A stretch of DNA of 63,552 nt, filler included, from Octopus bimaculoides (taxonomy: Eukaryota): NCBI RefSeq assembly GCF_001194135.2. It is 7 parts of 7 records of this genome, joined end to end, with 100 filler letters (N's around TTAATTAATTAA, not from the genome) between each part and the next. Parts side by side here need not be neighbours in the genome. Positions count along the whole stretch, not along the records: positions 12,963 to 20,892 come from NC_068994.1; positions 20,993 to 30,994 come from NC_068998.1; 5 more parts are not named here. One strand, given 5' to 3'. The notes under the pieces are model-generated. The model saw only the letters and a list, made by a program, of their open reading frames with translations, was not told the origin of the DNA and ran no database searches. Positions 13,778 to 27,492 of the stretch are shown here, piece after piece. A program made the translations under genes and the position numbers. Numbering within the stretch: position 1 is the first letter of the stretch; each line of letters begins with the position of its first letter.

Positions 13778-16700
13778 AATGAGCAACCAGACTGGGTGCG
13801 AAAAATCAGCTATTGGTTCAAATCTTCCCGAAACACAGGAGCTGGAAATACTCCACAACCAGAATACTCCAACAGATGGCCATCCACGCCCGTCATCAAA
13901 TAACCGAAACGAAAAGGAATGAAAAATAGTCACGGAAAGATAATAAAGTAGTTTTTAAGGCCTTCTATCGTGCCATGTATTTTCCCACATATAAATCCAA
14001 TACTGAACAAATCTATCTCAACTGGAGAGAAAAGCAACTTGAAGTAAGACCCTACATATATTGTAACCAGCTTGCCAACGTCAGAAGAAACATTGTTAAA
14101 AAGAAATTACTAACTGAATTAGAGATTCACCAAATTAAATAATCAGTAAGGGATAAAAGGAACAAAGTTGCAGCTAAAAAAGATACTAATGAAGAAATAA
14201 TTACAGACCAGCCCAGGTCTGATGAAAATGCAGTAATGATTGAAAGAGTCAATGTAACTGATAAGCAAAGAGAAATACTTTCTGAACCAGCCATAAATAC
14301 CAAGGAAGATGAAAATCAAATAGATGAAGAAAGTCACACAGAAATTGAGCCAACTGAGCTATATGATTCAAAATGATCAAATCTCGATTGAATGGTTGAA
14401 AATTAAAGAAATCAGTATGAATGAACGTGACGCTCTCCCAAAAGTTCGCAACTCTAACCAAAACCTGAAAGTAATCAGTAGAATGTTGACATTACAGATC
14501 TCAATCTCCTGTACTATGCCTCCGCGAAGATCTCAACGATTCTATGTGGTGAAAAGATTAGAAAACGATAACATTCTCACAAAAACCCAATTTGGCAATA
14601 TCCAACAACGAATTCAGTTACCTAGGTTTGAAATAGAATGCTTAAAAACCTTTAAGTTTGACAAGAATATCAAACCAACAAAAATCCGAAAATTAAAGAA
14701 AAAGTATAAAATAACGTATAATCTAGAAAAAGCCATACTTGATATCAATACCACCATAGAAACTATCAAGCAAAAAGTATCCGTTAAAGTTCTCTGCATA
14801 GTACGCTAGGTTCTTCAAAGATAGCATGTTCAAAACTAAGCCAAAAAAATTTTACAGGAAGATAGGGAAAATACCAGTTACCGTACAGACTGTCCCATCA
14901 AAAGAAGTGCGGACATTTTGGAATAAAATTTAGGTAGAAGAAAAACGCACCTTAAAAAGGACTCCTGGACTGATAGAATATCTCTTGACTTAGACTACTT
15001 AGAAGAGCAAAAATGCGAGAGTATCAAGGTAGAGGATGTAAGATCTGCTCTCAGGAAGTCAAGCAAATATAAGTCTACAGGAAAGGATGAAATTCCTAAC
15101 TTTTGGGTAAATGCCTTCCCAGAGAGTTATGAACTGCTAACAAAACTTTACAACAATGTTTTGCAGAAACCTAATACGATTCCCTCTTGGCTAGTTAATG
15201 GTATTACATTTCTACTTCTGAAAAATGGAGAAACAAATGAACCAAAAAATTATAAACCCATAACCTGCTGAACAACAATGTACTAACATCTGTCTTGACT
15301 GAATACACCTACAGCCTTTTAATAGACAGTGACACCTTCCTTAATGAGCAAAAAGGATGTAAACGTAGATCCTATGGTTGTAAAGATCAGCTTCTCATCA
15401 ATAGGATGATCTTAGAAGATTGTCACAAACAATATTAGAACTTGCCAATAACCTGGATAGACTATAAAATGCTTTTGATAGTCTACCACAATTTGGATAA
15501 AGAAATGTTTGGATATTTATAAAATAGCACCTACTCTGCGAAACTTATTATCTGGTAGTATGAGATCAAGGAAAACCACACTGACTTTGAACAGTGACAG
15601 TGAATCTCTCAACCCTGGAGATGTAAAAATTTGATGTGACATTTTCCAGAATGACTTTCTATCACCATTCCTCTTTTGTTTAGCCTTAATACCTCTTTCG
15701 AAATTGCTCGATGATGTACAATATGGTTATAAAATGCTTGATAAAGATTTAAATCATCTCTTTTACATGGATGATTTAAAGCTCTTTGCCAAAACTGACC
15801 GACAACTACAGGGTTTACTAGCAATTGTTCAACAGTTCAGTGATGGCATCAGGATGGAATTTGGTCTCGATAAATGTGCAAAAGCAACCTTTGTCAAAGG
15901 AAAAATGATAGAAACATCTAACGTTAATCTTGACTAACAGAATGTCATAAAGGAGTTAGAACCAGCGGAGAGCTACAAATACCTAAGGGTATTTGAAGGT
16001 GATGGATTCAAACATTTAATGACGAGGGAAAAGATCAGAAAAGAATGTCATCACAGGGTAAGGGCAACACTCAAGGGAGAACTGAACGTAAGAAACGGGA
16101 TCGAAGCGATCAATACTTTAGCCATACCGGTCGTGACTTACAGTTTCAATATTATTAACTGGTCAATTCCCGAAAATTGTTGACAATGCATAGAATGCAC
16201 CACTCTAAGGCAGATACAGAACGACTTTACGTGCCAACAAAAGAAAGTGAGCGTGGACTTTTACAACTGGAATTAACAATGATGATTGCCACATTTTGCC
16301 TAAACACTTATTTGAAAAACCCTAATGACTGGATGTTAAAACTTGTCCTTAAGCATGAAAACATCATACTCAGTAATAAAGCAGGTAAAGAAATATCTAA
16401 ATCCATTCCAAATACAACAAATCCCAGGATTAGACGTACAAGAAACAAGCACAGAAAAAGCTAGGCGTATGAAAACCCGTCCTAAAACTGTTGCCTTAGA
16501 TATTCTTACTGATAAATGGCAAGAAAAAACTCTGAATGGCAAATACCCAAAGAGAGCTAATAATACCAACAATGCCCTTACCTATCAATGGTTAATGTCT
16601 TCTGGCTTAAAATCAGAGACAGAGAGGTTTATTATAGCAGGCCAAGATCAATGCCTTCCTACAAGAAGCTACCAAACGAACATCTTAAAGAACGGTAGTA

Positions 16701-17590
16701 GCTCAAGATGTCATGTATGTCAACAACAAAATGAAACCATTGATCATGTTCTCTCCGTGGGCAAACTTATTGCGCCTGCAGAGTATCTCAACAGGCATGA
16801 TAGAGCAGCACAGTATATTCACTGGGTAATTTGCAAAGACATGGACCTACCCCATGATAAAAATTGATGGAAACACAAACCACCTCCAGTGCTTGAATAT
16901 GATCGCATCTCACTCCTTTGGAACTTCACCATTCAAAATGACAGAAAGATATATGCAAATAGGCCAGACGTTATATTGAAGGATTTCAGACAAAAGTCAT
17001 GCCTCCTCATTGATATGACTGTCCCAATCGACATAAATATATCTGTCAAGACCTACCAAAAACCGGGTAAGTATAAAGATCTTGAAGCAGAAATTGGAAA
17101 AATGTGGAACCTCAAGACAAAACAATACCTGTTGTCATAAATAGCTTTGGAATGATAGCAAAAGGCACTGATTGCTAACTAGCTCAGATACTAGGAAATC
17201 CAAAAATGGAAGAAATTCAAAAAATAGTGCTTATGAGAAATGCCCATATTCTACGAAAAATATTGTCTATGTAATCCCAAGAATATTTTAATCCGTAAAC
17301 AGTATCAAAATACTTTTAAATGTACATAACGGCAAACACTTTTTACTGTCATCTTAACATCAGACTATCATCTTATAATCAAGTTACTTTTAAAACAAAA
17401 TTCTAATTTACTTATGTTTTGATAGAAATTCTCTATCAATGTCTATAAAAAATGTTTATGTTTGATAGGCATTCTCTATGCAAAACTAAATATATGGCAC
17501 CCTAGTCATAGCACAAACTTGAACTTCTAACTCGTTGTCTCTTGAGGTTTCTGGGTGAGACTTGGAGGCAACTTGTACAAATACAAACCA
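13778..17590 (+). mobile_element. R4/Dong-like (REL-endonuclease) non-LTR retrotransposon, near full-length, decayed
   Basis: Frameshifted ORF pieces include RT motifs (HLFYMDDLKLFAK, YKYL), a CCHC finger (CHVCQQQNETIDHVL), RHDRAAQYIHW and the REL motif NRPDVILKD...LLIDM. The ORF ends at ~17275 and is followed by a 3'UTR. An (AAT)n tract lies immediately upstream. Confidence 0.9.
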
Positions 17591-17599
17591 AAAACCAAA

Positions 17600-17876
<277 letters not shown>

Positions 17877-17878
17877 CC

Positions 17879-18055
17879 GATGTGTGCAGTGCCCAGTAGT
17901 GCAGAAAATTGCACTACTGGGCACTGCACACATCCTATGCAAAACACTTTCAATTCAGTAACCATAAGAGCATCACAGCAAACCACAGCACATACCCAAG
18001 GCACACAGAGCTGCGCTCGGTAGTGAAGTGAAAGCACGTTATAAAAATAAAACTA

Positions 18056-18092
<37 letters not shown>
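17879..18092 (+). mobile_element. 5'-truncated copy of the second R4-like family with a 5' inverted duplication
   Basis: Nearly identical to 13223-13401 (QKIALLGTAHILCKTLSIQ, 3'UTR, AAT tail). It is preceded by the reverse complement of its own first bases. Confidence 0.85.
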
Positions 18093-18095
<3 letters not shown>

Positions 18096-20630
18096 GTGTA
18101 CATGCAGACAACTAGGTGACGGTGTTGTCTCAAAAAATTGACCCTAAACACACAAACCGTCCCCTAATGTCAACGAGCAATGTTTACATGCACAGAACTC
18201 GGTGACGGTGTTGTTTAAAAAAATTGACCCTAAACAGACAAATCCGTCCCTTAATGTCAACGTCGAAGCACGTCATGCCTCAATGACAACAAAGCAAAAT
18301 ACAAAATGCTTTTGATAGCCTACCACATAGCTGGATTAAGAAATGTGTGGAAATGTATAAGATAGCGCCTACTCTACGAAACTTTTTGTCTCTAAGTATG
18401 AGATCATGGAAAACCACACTGACTTTGAACAGTAACAATGAATCACTAAATGCTGGAAATGTAAAAATTTCATATGGCATTTTCCAGAATGACTCACTAT
18501 CACAACTGCTCTTTTGTCTAGCCTTAATACCTTTCTCAAAATTGCTCAATGATGCACAGTACGGTTATAAAATGTTTGATAAAAATATAAATCACCTCAT
18601 TTACATGGATGATTTAAAGCTCTTTGCAAAAAATGATCAACAACTCAAGGGCTTACTAGCGATTGTTAAACAATTCAGTGATGACATCAGGATGCAGTTT
18701 GGCCTCAATAAAAGTGTAAAAGCTACCTTTATCATAGGAAAAATGATAGAAACATCTAACGTTATCCTTGACCAGCAGAATGTCATGAAAGAGTTAGAAC
18801 CAGCGGAGAGCTATAAATACCTAGGGGTACTTGAAGGGGACGGAATCAGGCATTCAGTGATGTGGGAAAGGATCAGAAGAGAATGTTATCGCAGGGTGAG
18901 AGCAATTCTTAAGACAGAACTGAATGCAAGAAACGGGTTCGAAGCGACCAATGCTTTAGCCATACCAGTCGTGACTTACAGTTTCAATATCATTAACTGG
19001 TTAATTACTGAAATATGTAATCTTGACAGAAAAATACAAAAGNNNNNNNNNNNNNNNNNNNNNNNNNNNNNNNNNNNNNNNNNNNNNNNNNNNNNNNNNN
19101 GGCATTCAGTGATGTGGGAAAGGATCAGAAGAGAATGTTATCGCAGGGTGAGAGCAATTCTTAAGACAGAACTGAATGCAAGAAACGGGTTCGAAGCGAC
19201 CAATGCTTTAGCCATACCAGTCGTGACTTACAGTTTCAATATCATTAACTGGTTAATTACTGAAATATGTAATCTTGACAGAAAAATACAAAAGCTCTTG
19301 ACAACGCATAGAATGCACCACCCTAAGGCAGATATAGAACGACTTTATCTGCCAAGAAAAGAGGAAGGCCGTGCACTTTTACAACTGGTATTAACAATGA
19401 AGATTGCCACAATTGGCCTAGACACCTACCTGATAAACTCTGAGGACTGGATGTTTTACTTGTTTTACTTGAGACAAATTTTACTTGTCTCAAAACATGA
19501 AAACATGAAAACAAAAGCATCATACTCAGTAACAAAACAGACAAAGGAATATCTAAGTGAATTCCAAATACAACAAATTGCAGAATTAAACATACTAGAA
19601 ACAAGCGCAGAAAAGGCTAAGGACATGAAAGCCCATGCTATAACTGCTGCCTTAGATATTTTGACTGATAAATGGCAAGAAAACTTCTCAATAGCAAATA
19701 CACAGAGAGCGAATAATGCCGATGTTGACAAAGCCCTTACCCACCAATGGTTAATGGCCTCTGGCTTGAAATCAGAAACAGAGGGGTTTATCATAGCAGC
19801 CCAAGATCAATGCCTACCTACAAGGACTATCAGGCCAACATATTAAAGAACGGCAGCTCCCCAATATGTTGTGTATGTCAACAACAAAATGAAACCATCG
19901 ATCATGTTCTCTCCATGTGCAGTCTTCTTGCGCCTACAGAGTATCTCAACAAGCATGATAGAGCTGCATAATATATTCACTGGGTAATTTACAATATCCT
20001 GGACTTGCCCCATGATATAAACTGGTGGGAACACAAACCACCTCCAGTGCTTGTAAATGATTACATCTCACTCGTCTGGAATTTCACCATTCAAACTGAA
20101 AGAAAGATAGATGCAAATAGGCCAGACATCATATTGAAAGACTTCAGACAAAAGTCGTGCCTCCTCATTGATATGAATGTCGCAATCGATATAAACATAT
20201 CTGTCAAGACCTACCAAAAACTGAGCAAGTATAAAGCTCTTGAAATAGAAATTAGAAAAATGTGGAACCTGAAGACTAAAGCAATACCTGTTGTCATAGG
20301 TGCCCTGGGAATGATAGCAAAAGGGGCTGATTTCTACCTAGCTCAGATACCAGGAAACCCCAAAATGGAAGAAATTCAAAAGATAGTGCTCATGGGAACT
20401 GCCCATATCCTACGCGAAATAATTTCTATGTAATCTCAAATTTTAAAACAAACACATAATTTTCTTATAATTTCTTAAACATTCTCTAGAACAACACTAT
20501 GTACAAAACCAAATATATGGCACCCTAGGCATAACACCAACATGAACTTCTAACTTGTTGTATCTTGAGGTCTCTGGGTGAGACTCGGAGCCAAATTGTA
20601 TAAATGTGAAGCAAAAGTCAAACATATAAT
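18093..20630 (+). mobile_element. R4/Dong-like non-LTR retrotransposon, same family as 13778-17590, internally deleted
   Basis: Motifs GIFQNDSLSQLLFC, YMDDLKLF, YKYLG, CCVCQQQNETIDHVLSMC, NRPDIILKD and KLSKYKALEIEI. Stop at 20433, 3'UTR homologous to that of the 13778 copy, (AAT)n tail at ~20630-20722. Confidence 0.9.
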
Positions 20631-20661
20631 AATAATAAAAATAGTAATAATAATAATAATG

Positions 20662-20722
<61 letters not shown>

Positions 20723-20723
<1 letters not shown>

Positions 20724-20892
20724 TGTCTCAAAAAACTGACCCTAAACAGACAAATCCGTCCCCGAATGTCAACGCCAAAGCTCGTCATGCCTCAATGATA
20801 ACAAGGCAGATCACAAACCAGAGTGGTTATCGACCGAATCACAAAGGGCCACTCACTCGAAATAGATCTGCTAGCCTTAAGAAGCTACGTCA
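20723..20892 (+). mobile_element. Probable 5' (ORF N-terminal) fragment of another R4-like copy running into a gap
   Basis: Homologous to 18211-18297, the head of the 18093 element. It starts directly after an AAT tract and has an open frame. Confidence 0.55.
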
Positions 20893-21539
20893 NNNNNNNN
20901 NNNNNNNNNNNNNNNNNNNNNNNNNNNNNNNNNNNNTTAATTAATTAANNNNNNNNNNNNNNNNNNNNNNNNNNNNNNNNNNNNNNNNNNNNGGTTAAAG
21001 ATTATATAGATATAAAATTTTGAACCCGGTGTTGACTGTATTTTTGGCGACTTGCAATGAAAGGTAGGAACAGAACTTCATGGTCAAAACTTAACGCCTA
21101 TGATCACACCTTGTAGGTATGATTATCATAAGTTAAGAGGATAATGGCCTATGAAAGGCTTCTGTTCAAATCTAGACATAAAAGGCCAAAAAAAAAAAAA
21201 CTCCTACTATCTTTACAGAAAATATTAAAATGCCACTTAAGAGTGTCTCTAATATATGTTTCAAGAGTAGTTGTTTTTGCTGTATACCTTTTTAGACACC
21301 CACTCAAGAACACAAATATTTATATTCTAGCTTTGCTCATGGGGCGGTTGTCTACCCTCTCAGTATATATAAATGTACTTTTCACGCAGCTATAAGACTT
21401 TTAACCCCTATTTCTAGCAATAAATGTGATTTTGGCACCTACAGTTACAATTAGCGACGACTAATTGTTTTCTATGTGGCTTTGTATTGCGCCTAGCTGT
21501 TGACATTAATTTTTAGAAAACACTTTTGTATGTGTATGC

Positions 21540-21577
<38 letters not shown>

Positions 21578-21825
21578 NNNNNNNNNNNNNNNNNNNNNNN
21601 NNNNNNNNNNNNNNNNNNNNNNNNNNNNNNNNNNNNNNNNNNNNNNNNNNNNNNNNNNNNNNNNNNNNNNNNNNNNNNNNNNNNNNNNNNNNNNNNNNNN
21701 NNNNNNNNNNNNNNNNNNNNNNNNNNNNNNNNNNNNNNNNNNNNNNNNNNNNNNNNNNNNNNNNNNNNNNNNNNNNNNNNNNNNNNNNNNNNNNNNNNNN
21801 NNNNNNNNNNNNNNNNNNNNNNNNN

Positions 21826-21888
<63 letters not shown>

Positions 21889-24826
21889 ATGTATGTATGT
21901 ACACATACACGTGTAAATGCGTGTGGGTGCGGGTTCGTTCATATCTTTGAATGAACAAAGAGACCAAACAAAAAGCAGGGAAAATATACACATGATGTAT
22001 TTTCACGACATTTTATCAATCACCCCTCTCTCTCTCTTTCGATGCTGCTTTGTTTCTCTACATAACTGTTCCCGGATGAATATTGATATCAGAAATTTAT
22101 TCAGCGATATTCATGGCTATTATATGCAAAGATGATTGCTTAATGCTTAACAAACTAAATTAATAAAAATGAAGTAAATACAGTGCTGTCGGGTGAATAA
22201 ATCTTTGATAGTACACTTCAAAGGAACCAAACAGCAATACATAACGAAATTAATATTTCTATATTTTAATGATTGCTTTCGTTTTGTGAGAGATAGAAAT
22301 TAAGTATACCCTACACTCGATGAAATGTTCAGTGAAAATTAATTTAATACATATAGAATTGGAGAGTTGTGTATATTGTAATTTTTATTACTTCTTTGGA
22401 AAGAAAATAATTAAATAGTGATTCAATTCTGTATAGCTCGTTACCGGAAATAACTCAACATAAATGACTTAATTCGAATAATATTTAGATTAATGCTATC
22501 TTTCCTACTTCTTTTCTTGTTTTGTATATCACAACACTGATGTATCGGCTCATATTATCTGATTATAGCCTTACAATAATATTGTGAACATTGATACATC
22601 TAATGTACATAAAGAAATAAATCACGGAAACTTTAAATGTTGCTCAATTAATATACAAATGGAACATAAAATAAACGAAATATTTCTTCCAGATGTTTGA
22701 CATCTTTGTGAAATCATGTTTAGATGAAGCGATAAACGTTCATGTCAACATATCCATGGCTATGAGAATTTACCCTTACTGGTCTAGTTATCCAAGCAAA
22801 AGTATTCTACCACGCTCAGCAATACTGGAACAACATACTCCTTGATAGACGTAAAACAATGTAAAGATTACAGAAAAATATAAATTGATAATGGTCACGA
22901 ATCTTTTCAGCAGAAATATTGACATCTATAATTCATTATCTTCCAAAGCGCAATAAACACTTAAAAGATTTCGCTGAATGCATGTAGCTGAACCGATAGA
23001 CACATTTGAAAGATGTCCTTTAGAAAAATACGGATTACGAGCCAGCGCGAAAAAAACCCGCTGCATTATCGCAAAGTTGTAAGATATAGCACGCAAATTT
23101 TTATCACAACACATCCTCTCATCTTAAAAGACACACTGAGCTGAAATAGATATCCTGAATAATTTACAATACATCAAGATGGCAGGGTGAAGTTTGAGGA
23201 AGATTTAACTAACGTTTCTAATCGGTCGATGAACACATTGACTTTCTCACGAAAACTTGTTAGTGTGATATTACATTTGTATCGTGTCTAGTTATTTTAG
23301 CGTATGCATACGCACTGTAATGTACAATAAATCAGAAATGATTGGATTAATGAAAGGTATTGAGTAGAATAATATTAAATAATAAAACACCTTTAAGGTT
23401 AGTAATTATTTTATATAACTCTATATATGTCACCTTCTTGTATTTATATCTTTTTATATCTCCTTATATCATTACAACCGTTATGATTTTTTTTTATTAT
23501 GTTGGGGCTTTTTATGTGATTCTATTTTTCAAAATACGTTTATCAGTTATAGAACCAATAATCTCATTTTTCCCCTCTGATCTCTGTTTTTCAGTCAATA
23601 CAGAATGTGTACCTCTTTCTCGGATAAACTTTGAATGTAATTTGGGTTCACTGTTTGAATGGCTGTATCATGACCACCTTAACATTTGCGAGGATGAAGT
23701 ATTATGAAGCTTCTATATTATATAAAAGTAATCTATTTTTTTAGAGTTTAAATTGGTTCATATATCCTGATTATCTTACTTGGTCCTTATATCTCTTTCT
23801 AGATTTTTGAAATTTACCTTTTATTATACAAATATAATAATATAATTTTTGCTAAACTTTGATTATATTTTTTTGTGTCTCTACCCATAATGTCCATTTA
23901 GATCTCGTTCTGACGTCCTTTGTATTCTATTTTAGGACCCTTTAACTGATAATAATGAAATAGTTTATATCAGACCTACCCATACTCTTTCTGGGCATTT
24001 ACCATTATCTTACTGACTTTTTCTGAGATATGTTTCTTTATGTGGTCATAGGAAACCTATAGCTACAGTAAATTAGATTTTGGGAGGCTATCTGACAGAA
24101 ATTCATTTATTATCTGCTGCTGGGACGTAATTGTAAAAACATTCCCAATGGCTTTAATTCTAACTATACTAGCTACATTAGATCTGTTGATGGTAATAAG
24201 GAGATAGATAAAAATTGTAGCTATATTACCATATCAGGACACCCATTCTTATTCTCTTCTGCTACTCCAAATCATAGTTGTGGTATTTCTCTTTAAGTTC
24301 ATTCTGCTACAATATTAACAGCATGAAATCCTTCCATCGTCTAGTTCTGATGAAATATTTGCTAAAATTTATGATTTAGTATCCTGTACATTGAAAACCT
24401 ATATCATGCATCCGCAAATGGCGGTGTATTTCAAATTGATGTAATGCTTCCAGTGTTCGATTAAATGGAGCCGCCTCAAACGGCCGTAATGAACTAATAC
24501 CTTCACACCCTTGTTACTTATTTGCTTTTATTCACCTTACCACGAGCTGTGCGGATAAAACCGGAGTGATTTGGTGCCTCAAATTGTGTACCTTATTCAA
24601 CTGACACTTAATTATTTCATATATATATATATATGTATAAGATCAGGCAACATGTAAAGCCAGCTATCTTACCATAATACGCCTGTAACTATATGAAAAA
24701 TTGTTATGTACTTTTGGTAGATCTTGTGAATCTGCGAGAGTGGAGTTGAAATGAGAACTGGCCAATTAGTTAAGGTGAAACTATCAGGGAAATTTCCTTT
24801 ACACGTAGACTGTTCAAAGACGTAAT

Positions 24827-24950
24827 TACTGTATTATAATATTCACTGTATTATAATATTCACAATACTGTATTATAATATTCACAATACTGTATTATAA
24901 TATTCACAAATTATACTATAATATTCGCAAAATTATACTATATTTCGCAA
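24827..24950 (+). repeat. ~22-bp minisatellite, degenerating 3'
   Basis: tactgtattataatattcacaa repeated about five times with progressive divergence. Confidence 0.8.
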
Positions 24951-25436
24951 GCAGTAATTGTTCTTCAAGTAAACGTTATAATGTGTATTCCTGCTCTATT
25001 AAAACGATAACCCATTTGATAATGTGATTTTCTACAGTTTCATTGATTTCAGGAGAAAACAAAAGCTAAAACTAAAAACTAAAACTTCCTCCACAGATAT
25101 GAAGACATTAAAGACATGCCATTTCAAATTGTCGAATAAATTGATGCACGTGTAAGCCATACACACACCCACTCTTAATACACATGCGCACACACATAAT
25201 ATATATATCTGACAGTGCGCAATCGTCGCAGTCGAAACGTGCGTAGGTCCACGGAAGAATGCTGTAAATGACTGTTTAATAAAATTATAGATGTGGAAAA
25301 TCTCCGATCTCCTGTTTAATATTATTAACATAAATGTGTGCGTGTTTCTATGTATGTATATATGTATGTATGTATGTATATATGTATGTATGTGTGTATG
25401 TATTTATGCATGTGTGTATGTATGTATGTATGTATG

Positions 25437-25530
<94 letters not shown>

Positions 25531-25648
25531 GGCGCAGTAATGGCTGTATGGTAAGAAGCTTGTTTCCCAACGACATGGTCCCGGGTTCAGTCTTCACAGC
25601 GTGGCACTTGGGCAAGTGTCTTTTACTATAGCCTCGGACCAACCAAAG
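25531..25648 (+). mobile_element. SINE family A head
   Basis: ggcgcagtaatggctgtatggtaagaagc...gggttcagtc...ggcaagtgtctt. Confidence 0.75.
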
Positions 25649-26262
25649 CGTACAATCATTAGATTAATAATAAATCAGTCAAATGTACATTGAAAATGTT
25701 AAAATGTACTTATAAAACTCCTTCCTATTTCTTTGGGGTATATTTTTAGATGCGACAGCGAAAGTCACGCGTGCGCTATACTGACGTGTGAGGACATTTA
25801 GTCTTAAAAAACATTATCACATTCTTACTCTTGTAGATGAAACCAGTCTACGTTGTGTGATATAGCTACAAAAAGAAGCGTAATGATTGTAGTTGCAAAT
25901 GTATAGACGCGCAGGGGTTTTAGCCTGTGAGAATCACTTTATAGATATTCTTATATTCATATCATACAGAGCGAATTTTCAAGTACTATTGACAGTTGCA
26001 TTAGATGTAGATATGCATAGCTCGGGGTTTCAATATTTTACAAGAATGAATTTTGCATGTTTCAATAGTTTTCAGTGTCAGTGTTTGCGTGAGCATTATA
26101 TATATATATATATGTATGCTATAAGATCTTCCAGTAAATAGATTTACATTTACATACATGCATACATGTATACATGAATGAATACATGCATACATGCATT
26201 CACACATACATACATACATACATGCATACGTGCATATACACTCAAGCACTCATATACATACA

Positions 26263-26296
<34 letters not shown>

Positions 26297-27224
26297 NNNN
26301 NNNNNNNNNNNNNNNNNNNNNNNNNNNNNNNNNNNNNNNNNNNNNNNNNNNNNNNNNNNNNNNNNNNNNNNNNNNNNNNNNNNNNNNNNNNNNNNNNNNN
26401 NNNNNNNNNNNNNNNNNNNNNNNNNNNNNNNNNNNNNNNNNNNNNNNNNNNNNNNNNNNNNNNNNNNNNNNNNNNNNNNNNNNNNNNNNNNNNNNNNNNN
26501 NNNNNNNNNNNNNNNNNNNNNNNNNNNNNNNNNNNNNNNNNNNNNNNNNNNNNNNNNNNNNNNNNNNNNNNNNNNNNNNNNNNNNNNNNNNNNNNNNNNN
26601 NNNNNNNNNNNNNNNNNNNNNNNNNNNNNNNNTGTATAGTTGAAACTATCTACACTGCATGTTTGCAAAACATTGCCATTCTAAAGCGTACGTCGCCTCT
26701 CATACGTTCATACACATACACACATGTATTTATTCATACATACATGCATACCTACCTACACACATACGTACGCACATACATACATACATACATACGTACG
26801 TACATACATACATACATACATACATACATACATACATACGTACGTACAAACATACATACATACATATTATTGGGGCTCTGAGATATGCAACACACTGCTT
26901 AAATATCCTACTTGAGAAATTAGGATTCTCAAAACCGAAAGGAAGCAGCTAATTTGAAGACTACAGATCCAATCCATCATTGGAACTGTAAAAATCTGTA
27001 AAACTTTGCAAGAGTTTATCATTTAAGTATATATGTGCAATTCTAGATATGCATCTATATGCATGACAATACATACATAAAGGAAAACGTGCATATCTGC
27101 ACACATACATACATACATACACACTGACAAAAATACCTTGTTGTTGATGCTGAAATTTCAATGAAGGAGCCTGGGATCTAGTTTAGAAACCGGCTTTTTT
27201 CTCTATTGGCAAGAAATCTTGAAC

Positions 27225-27492
27225 TGCATCTCCTGTTCTTTCTGCTCTTCTCTGTAAATCAGTCAAACGTCACGCCGCTTGGCTGACCGGTTCGCGGAGC
27301 ACTTCCGAGACTTTAGACTCGGCAATGACACCCCGATCTAGCGCCATTTCTGCTCTACCAGTCATTCATTAAAACGTCTGTCTGTGTATGTATTGTCCTT
27401 GCACATGGGCCAACCGGTCTCACACCTTCACCATAAACAGGAATTAATATTCTCTATTCACTCCTTTGTGCCACATGGGCTCAACTTCCCTC
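27225..27492 (+). mobile_element. Penelope-like GIY-YIG endonuclease fragment (pseudogenised)
   Basis: Reads CISCSFCSSL*ISQTSRRLADRFAEHFRDFRLGNDTPI*RHFCSTSHSL...LIFSIHSFVPHGLN, matching the YIGET-RRL-DRF-EH...RHF...H...LIF..GLN pattern. Confidence 0.8.

Noticed and set aside
14324-14809. 161-aa ORF as an independent host gene
   Set aside because: It lies within the N-terminal region of the decayed R4-like element.
18849-19294. Identical 194-bp direct repeat (18849-19042 and 19101-19294) inside the RT ORF
   Set aside because: The two identical copies sit on either side of an N-gap, which indicates unmerged overlapping contig ends. The 499-aa ORF length is therefore inflated.
22680-23150. Possible + strand exons after tttcttccag and similar acceptor-like sites near 25750-25880
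   Set aside because: All frames close quickly and no recognisable protein similarity was found.
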